24,823 nucleotides of DNA from a virus (Duplodnaviria > Caudoviricetes), in the IMG/VR virus record IMGVR_UViG_3300022922_000887, positions 1-24,823 of that record; one strand, 5' to 3'. Numbering within the stretch: the stretch's first letter is position 1; the number at the start of each line of letters is the position of its first letter. Under the pieces are notes generated by a model that saw only the letters and a list, made by a program, of their open reading frames with translations, ran no database searches and had not been told where the DNA came from. This document shows positions 7,331 to 16,253 of the stretch, in pieces. A program made the translations under genes and the position numbers.

Positions 7331-9489
7331 TATAGATCCTGACTTTTAAGTTGACTTTCTATTTGTAATCTTTCTGCATCTGTAAGTAATTCAGGATCAT
7401 ATTCACCTGAACCAAGTTTATCTATTAGATACTGTACATATTCTGGATTATTAGCGAATGTGTCAGAGTTGTTTTTGTCAACTTCGATCCAATTGGACCC
7501 ATTCCATCTGAACAGTTTACTTGGTAAACTATCAACTCGTACAAATGAATCACCTTTTATTGGATCAGCTGGAAAGGATGTTCCAAAACCAGATACTACG
7601 TATTGATCTAGTTCTTCATCACTTGCTTCTATATACTTTTGCCATGGAAGTTCTTCAATGAGTCCTTGTTCTTCCATTGCTTCTTGATTTTTTAGTGTAT
7701 CATTTGGATTTAGTCGTTTCCATATACGTTTTGCTCTTTTCTCAGGATTGTTAAGATCGTCTTCGTCATCTGTTTCTTCAAACTGTTGCCAATTATATAT
7801 ATTTGCAGTTTCATTTGCAATAGTAGGAGTTGTTTCAGGTTCTTTATCAGTTTCTTCTAACTCTACAAGGTCACTGCCAGTCAATTCTTCTTCAATTTCT
7901 GGATTAGGAACATACTCATGATCATAATCTATTTTTTCTTCATTGATTTCTGGATCAGGTAAGACTATGTGTTCAACATGCAGTGTGCGGTTTAGGGTTT
8001 TATTATCTTGCTTAGGCTCTTCAGTATCGACTCCAGTTTCTCCTCCATCAGACTTATTCTCGCTTCTAGTCTTATCAGGCTCTTCATCTGCTGGTCCATT
8101 CTCAACTGTTGGTACTGGTTCTGGTTCTTCTTCTGTTTGAACTTGTTCAGTCTCCTCAACCGGCAGTGGGCTCGGCACTTCTTCAACAGTCTCAATGGCA
8201 GACACTTTAGTTTCTTGTGATTTCGTATAGGCATATTTTTCCTCTCTACGCCATGCAAATGTTTCAGTTGCGGCTAGCAACATCATTATAGCCAGTGGAT
8301 CAAATACTGCTACTATTAATATTATAACCCAACGGACGGCCGCTTCTAATAAATTCTGGTCAGGATTATCACCGTAGATCAACTGGGCAATGTATTTAAC
8401 TGGACCAACTTCTGCTTCAAACTGTCTATATTGCTTTTCAAAAACAAACTTTTCTTCTCGTAGTTGATCTATTTCTGGTTGAATGTTTTCTATGTTCTGT
8501 TCAAGTTCTTTTATTCTGGCATCAACATTTTTATTACTGCTTCCTGCTTCTAGTGTGTACTTGGCAATATTATTATTAGCACTTTCTATAGTATTGTTAA
8601 TGCTCGAACGTATCTTGGCTACATTTTCTTCAACACCTTTTATTTGTTCTGCCAAACGTTTGTTAATGCTTGTAATTACACGTTGTACTCGACTTGCTAC
8701 CCCAATTTCATTTTGTTTGGCTTGTTGTATTGCTCGAGCTAATTCATCACGTTCTGGCTTTTGTTGGGCTCTTAGTTGGTTACCTTTTTTTACATTATCT
8801 ATGTCTGCGGTAAAAACACCTCCTTTGACTGTGCCTTGCGAAGTATAGGCCGCAACATCTTTATCAAGTTGTGCTAGACGTTTTTCAGCAAGAGCAATAT
8901 CTGCTTGAGTACGTTTTTGTGCATCGCTAAGTCTTTTGTTTTGTTGTTCTACTTCAACTGCGGCCTGTTCTCTAAAGCCTTTGATCTTTGCATTTTCTTG
9001 ATCTATCTGTGGTTGTATACGTAGATTTGCATTTTTGATACGTTCTTGTTCTCTAGCAATAAGTCCATCTATACGTCCAGATGTTTCACCTCGGTTGAGT
9101 CTGCCAATTTCGTCATTCCAACGTTGTACTTTTGCTTGAGCTCTAATAAGTTTATCGTCTATTACTTTAACTTGAGCAATTTGCTCTGTACCCATGGCAC
9201 TCTGTTCAATATGACTTTTACTTAAAAAGCCAAATATGCCCATTGATGTAATAAACATTAAAACTGCAACTGCTGGAACAAGATATAACTTCATAATCAT
9301 TCTAGCACGTTGCCAATTTTGATGCAACCAAACTGTACAGGCTAGTTTTGCAACTTCGAGTATACCACCCATAACAATAATAGGCACAACAGCCGCAGCA
9401 AATATTGCAGTCAAACCAATTATACTGTAGTAGGCCGCAATACCACTGAGTGCAAGAGCAACAAATAAAATTAATAATCCTAAGAACAT
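7330..9489 (-). CDS. Large membrane protein: N-terminal TM helices, long coiled coil, further TM, acidic disordered linker, small C-terminal domain
   Basis: Hydrophobic residues ~1-90; heptad-rich ~100-360; TM VRWVIILIVAVFDPLAIMMLLAA; E/P-rich region; C-terminal GFGTSFPADPIKGDSFVRVD...RWNGSNWIEVDK. TAATG overlap with clpX. Confidence 0.8.
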   Translation of the reverse strand: MFLGLLILFVALALSGIAAYYSIIGLTAIFAAAVVPIIVMGGILEVAKLACTVWLHQNWQRARMIMKLYLVPAVAVLMFITSMGIFGFLSKSHIEQSAMGTEQIAQVKVIDDKLIRAQAKVQRWNDEIGRLNRGETSGRIDGLIAREQERIKNANLRIQPQIDQENAKIKGFREQAAVEVEQQNKRLSDAQKRTQADIALAEKRLAQLDKDVAAYTSQGTVKGGVFTADIDNVKKGNQLRAQQKPERDELARAIQQAKQNEIGVASRVQRVITSINKRLAEQIKGVEENVAKIRSSINNTIESANNNIAKYTLEAGSSNKNVDARIKELEQNIENIQPEIDQLREEKFVFEKQYRQFEAEVGPVKYIAQLIYGDNPDQNLLEAAVRWVIILIVAVFDPLAIMMLLAATETFAWRREEKYAYTKSQETKVSAIETVEEVPSPLPVEETEQVQTEEEPEPVPTVENGPADEEPDKTRSENKSDGGETGVDTEEPKQDNKTLNRTLHVEHIVLPDPEINEEKIDYDHEYVPNPEIEEELTGSDLVELEETDKEPETTPTIANETANIYNWQQFEETDDEDDLNNPEKRAKRIWKRLNPNDTLKNQEAMEEQGLIEELPWQKYIEASDEELDQYVVSGFGTSFPADPIKGDSFVRVDSLPSKLFRWNGSNWIEVDKNNSDTFANNPEYVQYLIDKLGSGEYDPELLTDAERLQIESQLKSQDL

Positions 9490-9496
9490 GATGTAT

Positions 9497-9724
9497 TTAT
9501 CGCAATTTTGGGTTGTTTGACATTTTCAAATCTATAAACGTTTTAAATGCTAGGTCAGGAACATAAAACCAAACTTTCTTTGGTTCAAAAAACCAACCTG
9601 GATGGTTAAACTTTTTACGTATTCCACGTTGACCTTTCCAGTCATTACCAAACCAACGTTTTAGTTCTCGTATAATGTCATACCATTCGTCTATGGTTTG
9701 TAGAGTAATATAAATTTTATGCAT
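9497..9724 (-). CDS. Hypothetical protein (75 aa)
   Basis: In the ORF track, on the main coding strand, fills the gap; Trp/aromatic-rich small phage-like protein. Confidence 0.65.
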   Translation of the reverse strand: MHKIYITLQTIDEWYDIIRELKRWFGNDWKGQRGIRKKFNHPGWFFEPKKVWFYVPDLAFKTFIDLKMSNNPKLR

Positions 9725-9757
9725 TATATTTTCTCGCCTTTCGAATAAGAGATTTGA

Positions 9758-10711
9758 TTATAATTCTAAAACCAGATGGCTATGATTTCTATACACACAT
9801 CGTTTACTCTCATTGACTAGATGATCATAAACTGTGTCATTGATTTCAAATATGTGTTCTGGAAACATAACTGGTATAGGATGATAATATATCCAATTTA
9901 CAATAATAACCAACCCACTAAAGGTAGATTTTAACTTTTGCCAAAAAGCCCAGAATCCTGATTCTGAGCAATGCTCAATTGACTCACAAAAAACAATGGT
10001 GTTAAATTGATTTAAATCAAATTTTTCTGTGAAAGCTTCGAGATCAATTGATAATGTTCTAGCCGTATCAAATTCTTCGCCGAAAAAAAGTTTGCCTGTA
10101 TATTCGTACAATACATCAGAGTATTGCCCTGGATCAATACTTACACAACTTGCACCTAGTTTTTTGAATAGATTGGCTATTTCTCCTCGGCCTCCACCTA
10201 TCTCTAATATTTTTTTTGGTAGGCGTCGACGATGTTCGTTGATAAAATGTATCAGAGAATCAATTTTGATATCTAAAAAATATTGATTATAGTTTCCTTG
10301 ATAAAAATCTTTTTGAACTTTTTCAATTTTATACCAATCCCATCTATTCTGATCTAAAATTTCTTCTAAGATTTCTTTATCTATATCTTTGTAATTTTTC
10401 AAGACAAAATTTTCATACGTCGGCCAATCTGGACCTTTGACATGATCATAATGATATTTGGCAGAAAAAATTTGTGGAAACTCAGATTGCAAAGTTTCCA
10501 GTGAGATTCCGTAGGCATAGCAAATAGAAGGAAATTGGTTACCAAACCGTGGCAAACCTAATTCCCATGTTTCTATTTCATCTCCGCCAGCAATGCCAAA
10601 TCGATCTGTATGCCCATCTGCTCTGGCTATGTTCCAACTTTCAGCTACTTTCTTTTGATCATATAATATTTTTAGTACCTCGGTCGATATTTTTAACTGA
10701 TCAAACTTCAT
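9758..10711 (-). CDS. Class I SAM-dependent methyltransferase
   Basis: Motif I ILEIGGGRGE, acidic VSIDPG, post-II TIVFCESIEH; ATGA overlap with the ligase stop. Confidence 0.8.
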   Translation of the reverse strand: MKFDQLKISTEVLKILYDQKKVAESWNIARADGHTDRFGIAGGDEIETWELGLPRFGNQFPSICYAYGISLETLQSEFPQIFSAKYHYDHVKGPDWPTYENFVLKNYKDIDKEILEEILDQNRWDWYKIEKVQKDFYQGNYNQYFLDIKIDSLIHFINEHRRRLPKKILEIGGGRGEIANLFKKLGASCVSIDPGQYSDVLYEYTGKLFFGEEFDTARTLSIDLEAFTEKFDLNQFNTIVFCESIEHCSESGFWAFWQKLKSTFSGLVIIVNWIYYHPIPVMFPEHIFEINDTVYDHLVNESKRCVYRNHSHLVLEL

Positions 10712-12069
10712 AATTTTTCGCCTGCTTCAAATCCTCTGAATCTTTCAAATCTTGGAAAACGTAAACTGTAGGTTCCGTCCTGGTTCTGTGTGACTGCGTC
10801 TGCTTTGACTTCTACAATGTAACCAACTAGACTATCTTTTCTAGTCCAAAAATTATCCCTATCACTATCAGACAAGCCACTTCCAACGTTAACACGTATG
10901 GTGCGATTGTCGTCGACGCCTTCGCACACAAGAGCTCCCAAACGTCCTGCATTTCTTCCTGTTCCTTCTTCAATGTCAACTACCTCCAAGTCTACAGTTA
11001 TCACCGGCTTCCATTTCATCCAGAATGTACTACGTTTACATTCATATGGAGCATCTAGTTTTTTGATCATAATACCTTCATAGCCTTCTGCAACACAATC
11101 GTTTGCATACTGTTCCATGAACTTATGATCTTGTTCGTTGTCAAGGTTAATCTGTTTTCCTTTAACCATAACAACATTTGTCATCTGTACTCTATTTACT
11201 ACACTCTCAAGAGCAAGTAATCTATCTTTTTGTCTTCTATTACTGTATCCTTGTTTGAATTCTACCAAACTCATTATATCAAACACATTGAATACACTGT
11301 CAGCGGCAACGTGATCTTTACGTGTTGCACCTCTCATTAGTTCTTGAAAACTTTTGCCTGTGATTTCTCCATCTATTACTACACCACCTCTTTGTGTAGT
11401 AGTTGGACAGAGTTGTAGTAGCTCTTTTTCAATTTGTGGAAAGTTGTTGAACAGTTTTCCATTTCGACTAAACAACTGTACATTGTCTTTGGTAAGAATA
11501 GCAATAGTTCTTACTCCGTCTAGTTTTGGCTCTATCATCACTTCGCCAACTAGTTTTTTTGGATGTCCTTTAGAGTCTGTTGCTAGTTGTACTTCAAATA
11601 CAGGAATTTTCCATTCACTGTTTCCAACAATCTTGTTAATGGTTTTTGATGTTATACCACAACGTAGATCTTTTATGAGCACACGTCTAGCCAGCATGTT
11701 CCATTGATCACTGTCAAACTTTTGACTCATCAGTTCAACTGCTTCTTTGGCTGCATTACCAGTGATTGCTCTGGTTCGTAAACTTTCGCACAAGCCCCAA
11801 AAAGCGACCCATGGATTTTCTTTAAACTCTAATCCTTCGGTTTCAGGAACCTGTTTTATATTGTAGGTAAAAAATGGATTATAAGCAAGATAACAGTTGT
11901 ATAAAAAACATTCTGCACTATAACTACCAAGTCTTGCCGCAACAAGTGCTTTCTCAATTACACCTTCTTTGTGTAAGCGACTATTGTTTTCCTCGAGATC
12001 TTGTATCCAATCGCAAGCCACTTGTAGTCCATTATATTCTTCTGATTGATATTTGTTGACGTCTATCAT
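10708..12069 (-). CDS. lig: ATP-dependent DNA ligase (phage type)
   Basis: Motif I EPKLDGVR, SRNGK, III IDGEI, IIIa FNVFDI, IV EGIMIK, V WMKWKP, OB-fold SLRFPRF. Start set at ATG 12069 because of a GGAG SD upstream; the track gives 12084. Confidence 0.95.
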   Translation of the reverse strand: MIDVNKYQSEEYNGLQVACDWIQDLEENNSRLHKEGVIEKALVAARLGSYSAECFLYNCYLAYNPFFTYNIKQVPETEGLEFKENPWVAFWGLCESLRTRAITGNAAKEAVELMSQKFDSDQWNMLARRVLIKDLRCGITSKTINKIVGNSEWKIPVFEVQLATDSKGHPKKLVGEVMIEPKLDGVRTIAILTKDNVQLFSRNGKLFNNFPQIEKELLQLCPTTTQRGGVVIDGEITGKSFQELMRGATRKDHVAADSVFNVFDIMSLVEFKQGYSNRRQKDRLLALESVVNRVQMTNVVMVKGKQINLDNEQDHKFMEQYANDCVAEGYEGIMIKKLDAPYECKRSTFWMKWKPVITVDLEVVDIEEGTGRNAGRLGALVCEGVDDNRTIRVNVGSGLSDSDRDNFWTRKDSLVGYIVEVKADAVTQNQDGTYSLRFPRFERFRGFEAGEKL

Positions 12070-12106
12070 GAGTGATGTCTCCATTTCTGTTACATATCAT
12101 ACTATT

Positions 12107-12135
12107 AATATATAACGGAACTTGGATGTTGTCAA
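12107..12135 (-). promoter_or_regulatory. sigma70-type promoter for the ligase operon
   Basis: (AGG)TTGACA, 17-nt spacer, TATATT. Confidence 0.65.
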
Positions 12136-12136
12136 C

Positions 12137-14257
12137 CTAATTTCTTATTATAATTGCATCTGCTTCTGCAACTGAATAGGTTCCGCTTAACAAGGTTCCT
12201 GGGTTGCTTGGTGGTGTAGTTGGGATAGGACCATCTTGTACAATGTTTGCTTCAGCTAACTTATCAATATTCCTTGCTTCTCTCATGGCCGCAACACTGG
12301 CTTGTCCGCCTGTACTGCTGAAGTTCATCACACGTTCTAACAATTCTGCAGTCCCTCCAGCTGAGGTATCTAGTGCATAATTTGGCAAATTGGCGGCAAG
12401 TTGAACTGCGTTGTTGGTATTTGCTGGAACAATATCAAGATCAAGGTCGATTTTATCACGTATGAGTTTTTCTCTGGCCTGTTGTTCTTGTAGTCTTTTA
12501 AAATTGCTTTGTATAGTACGTGCCTGTTCGTGTGTATTATAGAAATCAACCATTAGTGTTTGTGCGGCAGCAATGATACCATTCCAACATGCCTCTTGTG
12601 TTGCATAAGTTCCTGCACCGTATACACCTGCCGGTATAATGTAGTCAGTGCTAGGTGCTATAGGATCATAAGCACCAGCAATAAAATAATCCATTACAAT
12701 TAAAATACCTGTATTTGAACTAGATGAACCATTGTCCGCATAGAACACATTCATTGCACCACTGTCAATTAGTTCTTGCATTAGTATCTTATTTTGTTGT
12801 AAAGGAGCAAAACTATTGTATCCTGCTGCATATCCAATAACATCACTTACTGTGAAAGTTCCATCTGGACCTGTTGCTAATTGAATGTTACTGTCTGTTC
12901 CGTATGTGTTTTTCCAATAATTTACCACATCATCCGAAACATATTGTGTTTGATTTTGCACCAATGGCAAGTCTTTGTTTACTTCAAGATTGTTTACTGC
13001 GGTTGTTAGATCATCAGTATTGGTTTTTTCAATTCCTTTGATTTGACCAAAACTTCTTGCCAATGCTCCATTTGCAATAGCAAGATCTTCTGGTAAAGCA
13101 CCTGCTAAATTTGTACCTAAACTGGCAAATTCTTCATTTACTGAACCACTCGTGGTATATATTGCTCTATTACCAACACTTGAAGTTCTTAACGGTGCAG
13201 TTAAAGTTGATGAACTTGTTGGAAAAAGTTTTTGCGGATTCATAAAATCTGTACCGCCTACAATAGTAGATTGTGTATTTTTTAATATACCTTTAACTTC
13301 AGAAACTTCTGTGGTTGTCAAATCACCAAACGCATCATAAATTTGTCCTTGAACATTATTTGGTAAAGCAGGGCCTATTTGTGCTAGATCACTTGCACTT
13401 ATACCTAAATCACCAACACTAAGTCCACCTGTCTTGTTTGCTATAGCATTTGTAACACTGCTTAGTGATCCGCCCAGAGAACTTGCAATCCTTGGATCCA
13501 CTTTGATGTTTGCTACTTTTTCGTACATTGGCCCAAGGTTACCAGCAGAATCCATGTTCTTTAAAAGTTGCCCAGGAGATCCAAGGTTACCTATGCTACC
13601 AAAATCAACTGTGCTTCCTAACTTGCCAAGATCAGCTCCAAAATCAGGCAAAGCATTTGTTACACCACTTAATCCTCCTGAACTAATTGCGTCCATTCCT
13701 GGAAAGGTACCACCAGCAAAACTGCCTGCGGCATTTGTGGCGGCGGCTATCATTTGATTTGAACTTCCTACAAATCCTTCGGCCGCACCAAGTACACTTC
13801 CAAATTTGCTTGCATTACCGACAATATTACCAGCACTTACATTGCCACCCATGACTTTTGCGGCATTGTTTAGACCAGTTGGAAGTACGTTAGATATTCC
13901 ACTGCTGGCACCCATAACTGCTAATGCATCTCCAGAAAAAACATCAAAACCTGCACTGAAAGCATCGTCGCCTAGTCCACTGGCCATGTTGCTAAAACTT
14001 TGTTGATAGCTTGCAGGTAAATTGCTAGTAATATTAGAAACCGTATTAGTTACGGCCGTCATGTTAGGCAAACCTTGTACATCACTTGTTGCACTGGTCA
14101 TACCTGCCATGGTTGGAGCACCAGACAATCCTGTTTGTGGATCAGTGACGTTTAGTGGAGCACCGCTGGTTGATTCCAATGGATTGCCACCAACGTTTCC
14201 TGCGAGTCCGGCACCAGCTGTTAAAACTGTTGCGGTAATTGCACCACCACAAGCCAT
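12137..14257 (-). CDS. Gly/Ala/Ser/Asn-rich 706-aa protein, probable virion (baseplate/tail-tip associated) protein
   Basis: Long ORF starting 1 nt after the PAAR stop; small-residue-rich composition typical of structural or ejected proteins; no enzymatic motif recognised. Confidence 0.55.
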   Translation of the reverse strand: MACGGAITATVLTAGAGLAGNVGGNPLESTSGAPLNVTDPQTGLSGAPTMAGMTSATSDVQGLPNMTAVTNTVSNITSNLPASYQQSFSNMASGLGDDAFSAGFDVFSGDALAVMGASSGISNVLPTGLNNAAKVMGGNVSAGNIVGNASKFGSVLGAAEGFVGSSNQMIAAATNAAGSFAGGTFPGMDAISSGGLSGVTNALPDFGADLGKLGSTVDFGSIGNLGSPGQLLKNMDSAGNLGPMYEKVANIKVDPRIASSLGGSLSSVTNAIANKTGGLSVGDLGISASDLAQIGPALPNNVQGQIYDAFGDLTTTEVSEVKGILKNTQSTIVGGTDFMNPQKLFPTSSSTLTAPLRTSSVGNRAIYTTSGSVNEEFASLGTNLAGALPEDLAIANGALARSFGQIKGIEKTNTDDLTTAVNNLEVNKDLPLVQNQTQYVSDDVVNYWKNTYGTDSNIQLATGPDGTFTVSDVIGYAAGYNSFAPLQQNKILMQELIDSGAMNVFYADNGSSSSNTGILIVMDYFIAGAYDPIAPSTDYIIPAGVYGAGTYATQEACWNGIIAAAQTLMVDFYNTHEQARTIQSNFKRLQEQQAREKLIRDKIDLDLDIVPANTNNAVQLAANLPNYALDTSAGGTAELLERVMNFSSTGGQASVAAMREARNIDKLAEANIVQDGPIPTTPPSNPGTLLSGTYSVAEADAIIIRN

Positions 14258-14258
14258 G

Positions 14259-14552
14259 CTAACCTCTTGGGATTATAACGTCAGTACTGCCAGTTGCTCT
14301 TGTATGAAAACAAGTATCTGGAGAACCAACATAATTAATAGGTTTATTTTCAGCAAGTACACTCATTGAACCTAATGTTGTAGTAGCCGCACAATGAATT
14401 TCGCAACCCGGAGCACCACAACAAGGATGAGGTGTAACAGGAGCACCTACAAGACTTGCTGGCCGTCCATTTATTATTACAGTGGTTGCACCTGTACCAA
14501 CTGCAAGTCCACCCCCTGAATTTGGATCACCGATTCTAACTGCTCCTGGCAT
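14259..14552 (-). CDS. PAAR-repeat spike-tip protein (T4 gp5.4-like)
   Basis: PGAVRIGD...VIINGRPASLVG...HPCC...H...GSMSVLAENKP...GSPDTCFH...GSTDV: three PAAR-type repeats with Cys/His metal ligands. Confidence 0.88.
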   Translation of the reverse strand: MPGAVRIGDPNSGGGLAVGTGATTVIINGRPASLVGAPVTPHPCCGAPGCEIHCAATTTLGSMSVLAENKPINYVGSPDTCFHTRATGSTDVIIPRG

Positions 14553-14554
14553 TG

Positions 14555-14851
14555 TTATCCTTTTAGTATTCCTTTTGGTGCAGTTACTATTCCAGTCACC
14601 GCTTGAATATAACTTGAAACAACATCTTTGTTTGTTTCAGTGTACATTGTAATGTTGTTTGTATTTATGGTCACATTTTTTGTCTCGTCTGCACTCATCA
14701 TTGCAGGCAAGAGTTGTACACCTTGTTGTGTTGGAATTAAAGTAAATGGATTGGCAATAATTGTTTCTTTGCTATCTGAACTAACGATTTTGCAGATAAT
14801 TTCACTGCTATCACTCAAACGCAATGAATAAGTTTTGTTTGCTTCTAACAT
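14555..14851 (-). CDS. Small beta-rich protein, possible Sm-like fold, common in T4-like phages
   Basis: SLRLSDSSEIICKI...IANPFTL...LLPAM...VTIN...YIQAVTGIV pattern; GGAGG RBS. Confidence 0.55.
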   Translation of the reverse strand: MLEANKTYSLRLSDSSEIICKIVSSDSKETIIANPFTLIPTQQGVQLLPAMMSADETKNVTINTNNITMYTETNKDVVSSYIQAVTGIVTAPKGILKG

Positions 14852-14875
14852 ATGTCCTCCAGAGTTACTAATTAA

Positions 14876-15124
14876 TTAGTATCCAGAGCCATTCCACCCT
14901 GTATTTTCAATATACTCAACTAAGTCGTCGTAACCACCAATTACCTTATGGTTTATTACAATCTGTGGTGCAGTACGTGCATTAGGAATAATTTCAAGTA
15001 GCTCTTCTCTGGTTATGTCTGTTCCAATTTTTGCTTCATTAAAACGTACATTCATTTTTCTAAGTAGACTTTTTGCGGCATCACAATAGCCACACAAGTC
15101 TTTTGTATATAATACTACACTCAT
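14876..15124 (-). CDS. grx: Glutaredoxin (RNR electron donor, NrdC/Grx-like)
   Basis: CGYC active site, TAPQI cis-Pro motif, IGGYDDL; ATGA overlap with nrdB. Confidence 0.93.
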   Translation of the reverse strand: MSVVLYTKDLCGYCDAAKSLLRKMNVRFNEAKIGTDITREELLEIIPNARTAPQIVINHKVIGGYDDLVEYIENTGWNGSGY

Positions 15125-16245
15125 AAACTAAACCCCTTAAATGTATTGTTATCAACGTCTTGTTTTGTTCCGCCATTTACATAACTGGTTATTTCTGTTT
15201 CCTGCGGAGCAACCTGTACATCGCCACCAGCGATCCATTTCTGTGTCCATGGAAGTGGGTTGCTTGCACCTTTGTAACTGCTAGGTACTCCAACCGCAGT
15301 CATACGTTTGTTTGCAATCCACCTTACATATTCTTTTAGTAATTGTGCATTAAGTCCAATCATTGATCCATCACGAAACAAATAGTCTGCCCATGCACAT
15401 TCTTGATCAACTGCATCTTCAAACATTTTGATCACTGTTGGTTCACACTCTTTTGCAATTTTTACAAAATCAGGATCATCCTTTGGCAGTAATTTCATTA
15501 ACTGTTGTGTTGAACCTAAGTGTACATTTTCATCACGGGCAATAAACTTAATAATCTTAGCATTGCCTTCCATTTTCTTTAGTTCAGCAAATGCCCAACT
15601 ACATGCAAAACTGACATAGAAACGTACACCTTCTAAAATGTTTACACTTGCTATGCAAGTCCAAAGTTTCTTTTTTAGTTCGTACAAATCAACAACTATC
15701 TTTTTACCATTCACAGTGTGAGTACCTTCGCCAAGTAAGTTGTAATAACTGCAACTCTCAATGAGATCATCATAGAATGCAGTAATATCATCGCCACAAT
15801 CAATGATCTCCTGTATATCCATCATTTCATCAAAAACTTTGCTTGGATTTGAATAAACATTTCTGATTATGTGTGTATAACTTTTTGAATGTATGGTTTC
15901 TGAAAATGTCCAGGTTATAATCCAATTCTCTAGCTCGGGCAAACTAACAATAGGACCAAATGCTTCAATTGGTGCTCTACCTTGCACACTATCTAAAAGT
16001 ATTTGTCTTTTTAGATTGCTAGTAAAAATATGTTGTTCATTTGCAGTTAGTTCTTTGAAGTCTTTGGCATCACGCAGTACGTCTACTTCTTCCGGACGCC
16101 AGAAAAAACCCAACTGCTTGTCAGTTAGTTTGTCAAACTGACGATACTTTAATGTATCATAACGTTGTATACCTACTCCGCCAGCAGGATCTAAAAATGC
16201 TAAACTGGTCGTATGGTCTCTGTTGATTGTATTCAGTACACTCAT
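15121..16245 (-). CDS. nrdB: Ribonucleotide reductase class Ia beta subunit
   Basis: FFWRPEEV, LDSVQGR, ETIHSKSY (radical Tyr), LEGVRFYVSF, RDENVH, VAPQETEITSY. Start set to ATG 16245 (AGGA SD). Confidence 0.97.
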   Translation of the reverse strand: MSVLNTINRDHTTSLAFLDPAGGVGIQRYDTLKYRQFDKLTDKQLGFFWRPEEVDVLRDAKDFKELTANEQHIFTSNLKRQILLDSVQGRAPIEAFGPIVSLPELENWIITWTFSETIHSKSYTHIIRNVYSNPSKVFDEMMDIQEIIDCGDDITAFYDDLIESCSYYNLLGEGTHTVNGKKIVVDLYELKKKLWTCIASVNILEGVRFYVSFACSWAFAELKKMEGNAKIIKFIARDENVHLGSTQQLMKLLPKDDPDFVKIAKECEPTVIKMFEDAVDQECAWADYLFRDGSMIGLNAQLLKEYVRWIANKRMTAVGVPSSYKGASNPLPWTQKWIAGGDVQVAPQETEITSYVNGGTKQDVDNNTFKGFSL

Positions 16246-16253
16246 TGTGGTTC

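Noticed and set aside
14259-14552. PAAR as evidence of a bacterial type VI secretion locus
   Set aside because: No vgrG, hcp or tss genes; the context (tail fibre, phage ligase, late-like promoters) is phage.
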